Assembly: GCA_965116875.1 (NCBI GenBank)
Contig: OZ220733.1
Span: 416,001 to 480,000 of the forward strand
DNA from: Candidatus Latescibacterota bacterium
GTDB lineage: Bacteria; Latescibacterota; UBA2968; GCA-2709665
Length of the DNA stretch: 64,000 nucleotides
Direction: 5' to 3'
Shown in pieces: positions 57,973 through 64,000 of this stretch; the stretch's first letter is position 1, and each line of letters begins with the position of its first letter. The translations under genes were made by a program, and so were the position numbers. The notes beneath the pieces are model-generated. The model did no database searches and was not told the DNA's origin. It saw nothing but the letters and a program-made list of their open reading frames with translations.

Positions 57973-58279
57973 CCTTGATTCCTCATTTTTCGAGGACGTT
58001 AATTCGAATATGTGTCAGTTAAAAAGGCGATTTAACTGCTGATTACCAGGATACACCAGGACTCTGAACGTGAACGAAAAAATGTCCTTCATGACGACCA
58101 TTTCGACCCGTTTCGAAAGGTTTCGTCGCGGTGCCGCGTTGCGGCTCTTGCGAAATTGAGGTTAATGTCTGTCCCCATCCGTCGGATCGGACAGGCGCAC
58201 CGCCGGTCGCTTTGGCAGCGACCTCCAGCAAATTCGAATTGAATCGAACCTTCAGTCTGTCATTCCGAGGGGAATATAT

Positions 58280-58918
58280 ATGGACGATTACAGATCTCCA
58301 GTCAGGGTATCCAAGCTGTTGTCGCTGATGCTCCGGCATCGGCCGGAAGAGTTCGGCATCCAGGTCGACGGGTACGGATTCGCGGATTTCGACGCCGTGA
58401 TATCCGCATTGAAAAAACAGGATGCCGAAATCGAAGCCGGTGACGTGGAAGCACTGGTTTACAGAGCGACCAAGAAACGATTTGAGATTGTCGACGGGCG
58501 GATCCGTGCGCGCTACGGCCATAGTTTCGCGATGGAACTGGGAACCGAACCCGTAGAACCTCCGGAACACCTGTACAAGGGCGCAAGTGTATCGGAAGTG
58601 GAAGACATTCTGACACGGGGCATGAAGCCCGTGGACAGGCAATACGTCCATCTCTCTTTCGACGCCGACGTTGCGCTCAGGCTTGCGGGGAACCGGCGGG
58701 GACCGGGGGCCGTCATACGGGTGGACGCAAGAAAGGCCGTCGAAGACGGGATCCAATTCTTCGACTGCGGACCCACGATCCTCGCCCGGGAAATTCCGCC
58801 CGAGTTTCTCGCTGCCGAAGACACGCCTGGTCCGGTTCCGGATGGCGGTGTGTCCGCAAAACAAAGCGAGGAACCGGTAACGTACGGGAGGAAACGCCGA
58901 TTCGGGTCCAGGAGATAG
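58280..58918 (+). CDS. kptA: RNA 2'-phosphotransferase Tpt1/KptA
   Basis: SKLLSLMLRH.P, KKRF, IRARYGHS, RQYVHLS, IPPEFL. Confidence 0.88.
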   Translation: MDDYRSPVRVSKLLSLMLRHRPEEFGIQVDGYGFADFDAVISALKKQDAEIEAGDVEALVYRATKKRFEIVDGRIRARYGHSFAMELGTEPVEPPEHLYKGASVSEVEDILTRGMKPVDRQYVHLSFDADVALRLAGNRRGPGAVIRVDARKAVEDGIQFFDCGPTILAREIPPEFLAAEDTPGPVPDGGVSAKQSEEPVTYGRKRRFGSRR

Positions 58919-58923
58919 CACAC

Positions 58924-59814
58924 GTGGCAAAACAGGATCGGTCCAGAGTACACGCGTTGTTGAAAACGGCCGCCGGCCTCTCCGGCGAGATTGGCGCAGA
59001 TCTCGTGCTGCTGGTGGCGGATTCCGGCGTGACCAGACCGGCGGTGCAGTCCCTGAATGATACCTGTCCGGTGCTGCTGGTCACCCGGCGCAATCGGTTT
59101 CTCCAGGACGTAGAGAGTCTGGGAGTTCGCAGGTTGAAGCTCGATTTCGACGATGTCTCCCATCTGGAACGGGTCCGGCAGGGCATTGTGCTGGGCATGG
59201 AGGGCGGTCACATCAAGAAGGGAAGCCTGCTGATATGCCTTGTAAATGTCATGGAACACGGTGGCGTGGACACACTCATGACCGTGGACACCCGCCGGGA
59301 ATTCAAGGACTTCGATTCGGAGAGCCTGGCTCAGCTGGCAGACGATCTGCCCGTTGGAGTGGTCAAGTCCGTGCTGGATATCGCCCTTGACATCGGACGT
59401 GAGGGCCGGGAAGGAGAGCAGGTCGGCACCCTCTTCGTGCTGGGCGACTCCGACCGCGTCCTGGCCAATTCACGCGTGATGACGTATGATCCGTTCCGCG
59501 GGTATTCAAGACTGGAGCGGAACATCTGCGATCCCGATAACCGCGAAGGCGTCAAGGAGGTTGCCCTGATGGACGGCGCCTTCATCGTCCATCAGGATGG
59601 TGTCATACGCTCAGGTTGTCGCTATATCACCTCCTTCGTGAGGGGTCTTACCCTGCCCAAGGGGTTGGGTGCACGTCATGTGGCCGCGGCAGCGGTTTCC
59701 AAGAACACCAATGCGATCGCGGTGGCGGTTTCGGAGTCTACGGGTACGGTTCGGGTATTCAAAGGCGGCGAGATCGTCCTGCGGCGAGACCCGGGCCACC
59801 GCATCGCCCGGTAG
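58924..59814 (+). CDS. Diadenylate cyclase (DisA_N), DacZ-like with N-terminal extension
   Basis: EGREG..VGTLFVLGD, MDGAF, GLGARHVAAA, VSESTG. Confidence 0.85.
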   Translation: MAKQDRSRVHALLKTAAGLSGEIGADLVLLVADSGVTRPAVQSLNDTCPVLLVTRRNRFLQDVESLGVRRLKLDFDDVSHLERVRQGIVLGMEGGHIKKGSLLICLVNVMEHGGVDTLMTVDTRREFKDFDSESLAQLADDLPVGVVKSVLDIALDIGREGREGEQVGTLFVLGDSDRVLANSRVMTYDPFRGYSRLERNICDPDNREGVKEVALMDGAFIVHQDGVIRSGCRYITSFVRGLTLPKGLGARHVAAAAVSKNTNAIAVAVSESTGTVRVFKGGEIVLRRDPGHRIAR

Positions 59815-59849
59815 GCGGTTGATTCCTGTTTCCCATTTAAAGAGATTCG

Positions 59850-60353
59850 ATGAATATCCGTCTGATCCAGCGCGAGAGCGTAATGTTGGCCGTTGTCGGG
59901 GACAGTGTTCAACCTGTAGCCCGGGTCGCGAGGGCGTTCCCCAGAAGCAGCCCCGACCGCTACGTGGGACTTTTGGGAGAAAACGGGAATGAAATCTGTC
60001 TGATTGATGATCCCGGTACACTGGACGCGGATTCTCAGGAAATATTGAACGCCGCGCTGAAGGACGCCTATTTTATTCCACGAATCCTGGAAATCCTGTC
60101 GGTGACGCCTCGCGGCACGGGCGGTGAGTGGACCGTTGTCGCGGAAGATGGCGAGATCGTGTTCCGAACGCAGGACCGGGAGGCGCTGGACGGTTCGGAG
60201 CCGCCGTCGATTACGGTAACGGACGAGAACGGCCGGCGATATCGGATCGAGGACTACTGGGCAATGGACAGGGAGAGTCGCAAGACAATCCGTGATCTTG
60301 TACCGGATGAGGTCTTGCGGCTTCGGGCCAGGGTCGTCAGGGTTCGTCGTTAG
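59850..60353 (+). CDS. DUF1854-like protein
   Basis: RAFP.S.PD.Y.GL..GNEI..I.D...LD..S...L..L...YFIPRI, TDENG.RY.I. Confidence 0.75.
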   Translation: MNIRLIQRESVMLAVVGDSVQPVARVARAFPRSSPDRYVGLLGENGNEICLIDDPGTLDADSQEILNAALKDAYFIPRILEILSVTPRGTGGEWTVVAEDGEIVFRTQDREALDGSEPPSITVTDENGRRYRIEDYWAMDRESRKTIRDLVPDEVLRLRARVVRVRR

Positions 60354-60409
60354 TGTTCGGTTTTCCGGGAAAGGGCGCATTGTGAGCACGCATGTCAAGC
60401 GGTGCGCGT

Positions 60410-61720
60410 ATGGAGGTTGAGCGAAGCAGATTCCTGATTTCCGGCTGCTTGATCGGCGTGTGTGCGTTCGGCATACTGGCACTGGGTGAAACCCGGTACA
60501 GGATGCCGCTTTTTTTTCTGCTGTTCGGCCTGTGGATGGTTTTCTATCTGGCGGCGGTCTACCGTTGTTCCGGGGCCTCTCTGAAGACTGTCGTGCTGTT
60601 CGGCCTTCTGTTCCGCATCATTCTGCTGTTTTCCGCGCCCGGCCTTTCGGATGACGTTTATCGTTACGCGTGGGACGGACGGGTGCAGGCAGCGGGGATC
60701 AACCCCTACGTGTATTCACCTGCCTCCGAAGCATTGGCACACCTCAGGGACGACGATGTCTACCCTCATGTAAACCACCCGGACGTACCCACCATCTATC
60801 CCCCTCTGGCACAGATATTCTTCCGCGTCTGTTATCTCATACATCCGTCGATCTGGACCATAAAGACGGGCCTCGTCCTCTTCGACCTGCTGACGGCCTG
60901 GTTTCTATTGGGCCTGATCCGGCTCTACGATCAGCATCCGGGACAATTGCTCATTTACCTCTGGCATCCCCTGCTGCCGGTTGAGGTGGCGGGCAACGGC
61001 CACCTGGATGCGCTGGGTGTTTCCTTCATGGTGATTGCGTTCCTCTATCTTCAGGTTGGAGGTTATGCGAGGGCATTCGCCGCGTTGGCCCTCTCCTTTT
61101 TGAGCAAGTTCCTTGCCATCTGCCTGGTTCCGGTTTTTTATCGCTGGATCTGCGGAAGAAGTTCCGGAAGTTCAGAAGGGCGGTTGCCGGCTGGCTTCAG
61201 ACCGCAGGCCGTCTGGCCTGTACTGATTTTCGCCGCGGCGGCAGCGGCCGGGTACCTGCCCTACAGGGATGCTGGAGACGCCCTCTTTACAGGCTTCCTC
61301 ACGTATGCCGAACACTGGAGCTTCAATGCGCCGGTCTTCGATATCCTCAGCTACGTGCTGGATAACCCGCTTTGGGCCCGCACTGTCATTGCGTTCGGGT
61401 TCGGGGGCACGGTGCTTCTCCTCACGTTCACCAGGATGCCGCCAATTCAGGCAGGGTTCTTCCTCATTGGCGCCTTCCTGCTGCTTACGCCAACGTTGCA
61501 CCCGTGGTACGCGATCTGGATGATACCCTTCATGGTTTTCTACAGGCAGCCGGCATGGCTGATCTTTACGGGCCTGATCGCCATTTCATATCACGTGCTG
61601 ATCAGATACGCGAGCGAAGGGGTGTGGGAGGAGGCGGTCTGGGTAAAGGTTGCGCTATTCGGCGGGTTCGCCCTTGTCTGGGCATTCGAATGGATAAGGA
61701 AGCGACGCGTCGAGGTCTGA
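60410..61720 (+). CDS. GT-C membrane glycosyltransferase (GT87/DUF2029-like)
   Basis: LSDDVYRYAWDG..GINPY, TIYPP, WHPL..E.AGNGHLD, LHPWY. Confidence 0.8.
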   Translation: MEVERSRFLISGCLIGVCAFGILALGETRYRMPLFFLLFGLWMVFYLAAVYRCSGASLKTVVLFGLLFRIILLFSAPGLSDDVYRYAWDGRVQAAGINPYVYSPASEALAHLRDDDVYPHVNHPDVPTIYPPLAQIFFRVCYLIHPSIWTIKTGLVLFDLLTAWFLLGLIRLYDQHPGQLLIYLWHPLLPVEVAGNGHLDALGVSFMVIAFLYLQVGGYARAFAALALSFLSKFLAICLVPVFYRWICGRSSGSSEGRLPAGFRPQAVWPVLIFAAAAAAGYLPYRDAGDALFTGFLTYAEHWSFNAPVFDILSYVLDNPLWARTVIAFGFGGTVLLLTFTRMPPIQAGFFLIGAFLLLTPTLHPWYAIWMIPFMVFYRQPAWLIFTGLIAISYHVLIRYASEGVWEEAVWVKVALFGGFALVWAFEWIRKRRVEV

Positions 61721-61726
61721 GATCCA

Positions 61727-61764
61727 CAAGGAAACGCCGTCCGTTCCGGACGGCGTTTCCCTTG
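61727..61764. terminator. Bidirectional hairpin terminator
   Basis: GGAAACGCCGTCCG-TTC-CGGACGGCGTTTCC between convergent genes. Confidence 0.75.
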
Positions 61765-61804
61765 ATGTAACGATTGGCAACTGGAACGATTCCGGCACAG
61801 GTCA

Positions 61805-64000
61805 CTAAACCACCTTGCCGAACAGGAGAGCAAACCGCACGAAGTCCGAGAATGCGACATTGCCGTCGTCGTCCAGATCGAACCGGGGATCGGTGGAGCC
61901 GAAGGCGCCGGCAAAGAGCAGGAAGTCGGAAAAATCAACTCTCCCGCTGTCGTCGAAATCGGCGATTGCCGCAGAAGGAAAGGTGGTCTGCCCGGACGCA
62001 AACGAAACGTTCCGGTAACGGGAAGCCAGGGGTACGCCGGACGTGTCCGCGGCCATGGAAGAGAACACCGCATACTCACGGCCGGCTTCAAACGGGTTCG
62101 AAAACGACAGCAGGGCGCGCCGGCTCGTACGGTCAAGAATCACCGAGGTCGGGTGACCCAGATCCGGGGCGACGGAATATCCGTGCGGATCGGCCGTTCC
62201 GGCCGCCATCGGTTCACTGAACGTGAGCGAGAGATTGTTTTCATGAAGGACTTCCACGCGAATCAGTTCCGGCGCGGGGTTGGGGCGCACGGTGTGCGTT
62301 TCGGAGTGTATTTCATCGCCGTTTGGCAGCGTGGCAACAACCACGTAACGATACACTCTGTTCTCTGTCAGGCCGGTGTCGGTGTACGTATTTCCCGTAA
62401 GCCGGTCGACCACGGTACTAAGCGAACTTCCATCGACGCCGCGCAGGATCCGATAGGCGGCCCCGTCTTCCAGGAGCGTCCACGCGAGCCGGGCGCTGTC
62501 CGGTCCAAGCGGAAAGGCATGCACGAGCTGGAGCATCCTCCTGAACCCCGGCTCCGTACGTTCCATCGCGCGCACGGCGCCGTCCCGGTTGTAGAGCAAC
62601 TCCTTGTTACCATCCCCGTCCAGGTCCGCAATGAGGGGACGGTACGTCAATGAAACGGTCTCGTGCCAGAAGGGCTCGTACGAATCCGGCCCGGTGGCGC
62701 GGATGAGGTAGAGGTCCGGGAGCAGGCAGACGGCCAGGTCGGGAACACCGTTGCCGTCCACGTCCCCCTTCGCAATACCGTTTCCCGTCGAAATCACACC
62801 CGATACGCGAATCGACCACTCCAGAGCATAGGACGACGGTCCGTTCGCACTGTAGATTTCAAGGTTCCAACGCCCGTTGAGCGCGTCGTTCCGGTCTTCC
62901 GCCGCACGGGCGACGGCGAACTCCACGTCGCCGTCATCGTCGATATCGGCGGCGCCGCCTATCCAATGGGTGTTGGTGCTGTCGCTGCCCGCCAGTTTCC
63001 AGGTCTGCGCAAAACCGCCGCTATGCAGGGCTTCATGGATCCAGAGATCTCCGTCGTCATCTCCGGAGAGGATTTCCTTCCGCCCGTTGCCGTTCAGGTC
63101 CGCGACGACAAGCCGGAGACCCGGCCAGTTGGAGCCTTCTGTCGGATTCGAGAGGGAGGCGACTCCAATGAAAGCCCCTTCTCTGGTACTCTTCAAGACA
63201 CGAATGTCCCTTGTCAGCGCCGAAAGGGCCACAATCTCGTTTCTGCCGTCACCGTCGACGTCCGCGATTTCGCCGCCCTGGAATTCAGGGAGGTCCAGAA
63301 GCGTTTCGGAGGGAAACGGAGTCCCGTCGAAGAGCCGGAGGCGCGCAATGTTGGTGCGGGGAAAGTTCATGCCCAGAAGGTCGGTGCGTCCGTCGTTGTT
63401 CGCGTCGCCCAGGGCCCAGGGTAGAAACGAATCGTTGGTCCGAAAGACGGTTGTGAAGACTCCGTCGTCGCCCCGTTCCATAATCAGGTTGGTGTTGTAG
63501 GGACGGCCGCTGACGTAGGGCATGAGTACGACTTCGGGTCGTCCGTCCTTGTCGAAGTCGGCGGTTTGGTTTGCAAGATACCCGTCGGGAAGGGCGTCGA
63601 CCTGAACGAAACCGCGGGAGGAGAGACGAAGCGGATTCACTTCAAATGTCAGCGGATCGGAAGACACGGCCTGTCCCGCGGCGTCCCGCGCCATGATTCG
63701 GTATTCCAGGGGACCCGGTGCGAGGTCCGGAGGCAGGGTGACGCGATGACGGGTGTAGATGACTTCCGAGAACAGGGTATCTTCTCGGGTTTCCGCGGGA
63801 GAACGAAAGAGCAGGGCGCCGTGTGTGGGACGTTGGGTGTGCCATTCGGCGTGGTACGTCTGGCGGTTCCCGATGAGTATGGGTGCGAAGGACGCCTTTG
63901 AAATCACCGGCAAAGCCCGCCGTATGCCAATCCGCACCCGATCTTCCAATGTGGCGCCGTCCGTCAGCCGGGCACGCAGGCGCAGGATGGCGGTGGTGTC
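61805..64000 (-). CDS. Large secreted FG-GAP/VCBS-repeat + FN3 + Ig protein with C-terminal EF-hand/dockerin-like module (5' end outside window)
   Basis: The frame stays open to the window edge (DTTAILRLRARL..); repeated DxDxDGxxE/D motifs; FN3 YTDTGL..YRY; C-terminal DFDDSGRVDFSDF..F / DLDDDGNVAFSDF..F. Confidence 0.8.
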   Translation of the reverse strand, partial: DTTAILRLRARLTDGATLEDRVRIGIRRALPVISKASFAPILIGNRQTYHAEWHTQRPTHGALLFRSPAETREDTLFSEVIYTRHRVTLPPDLAPGPLEYRIMARDAAGQAVSSDPLTFEVNPLRLSSRGFVQVDALPDGYLANQTADFDKDGRPEVVLMPYVSGRPYNTNLIMERGDDGVFTTVFRTNDSFLPWALGDANNDGRTDLLGMNFPRTNIARLRLFDGTPFPSETLLDLPEFQGGEIADVDGDGRNEIVALSALTRDIRVLKSTREGAFIGVASLSNPTEGSNWPGLRLVVADLNGNGRKEILSGDDDGDLWIHEALHSGGFAQTWKLAGSDSTNTHWIGGAADIDDDGDVEFAVARAAEDRNDALNGRWNLEIYSANGPSSYALEWSIRVSGVISTGNGIAKGDVDGNGVPDLAVCLLPDLYLIRATGPDSYEPFWHETVSLTYRPLIADLDGDGNKELLYNRDGAVRAMERTEPGFRRMLQLVHAFPLGPDSARLAWTLLEDGAAYRILRGVDGSSLSTVVDRLTGNTYTDTGLTENRVYRYVVVATLPNGDEIHSETHTVRPNPAPELIRVEVLHENNLSLTFSEPMAAGTADPHGYSVAPDLGHPTSVILDRTSRRALLSFSNPFEAGREYAVFSSMAADTSGVPLASRYRNVSFASGQTTFPSAAIADFDDSGRVDFSDFLLFAGAFGSTDPRFDLDDDGNVAFSDFVRFALLFGKVV

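Noticed and set aside
57973-58279. AT-richer gap after dnaB as replication origin or ncRNA
   Set aside because: No DnaA-box cluster or recognisable RNA motif; most simply a promoter region for kptA.

Overview
A 64 kb window of a high-GC (about 60% by eye) diderm bacterial chromosome. GWxTD proteins, PorV-like barrels, a T9SS-type C-terminal sorting domain, a DUF6785-like membrane protein and paired EF-hand/dockerin-like tags suggest an FCB-superphylum lineage such as Latescibacterota (inference). About 46 CDS are supported. Housekeeping genes are sucD, rpiA, era, and the block yicC-gmk-rpoZ-coaBC-udg-dnaB followed by kptA and a dacZ-like gene. They are interleaved with many envelope systems of unknown function: (i) an OMP / TonB-dependent receptor / CTD-cargo / PorV operon with a terminator-like hairpin in its long leader; (ii) a 1600-aa altered-M28 / FtsX fusion next to an OPT-like transporter with no adjacent ATPase; (iii) a helical lipoprotein, an active L,D-transpeptidase and an apparently dead paralogue, followed by PorV; (iv) two TPR-GWxTD proteins; (v) a gluzincin-propeller-Omp85 fusion with a mid-gene codon-usage break. 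Intergenic DNA holds two MITE-like families, heptamer-periodic purine/pyrimidine hairpin elements (including a 3-unit tandem array upstream of sucD) and several TTGACA-N17-TATCTT promoters. No rRNA, tRNA, CRISPR array, transposase or prophage was recognised. All product calls come from recognising motifs by eye; no database search was run.
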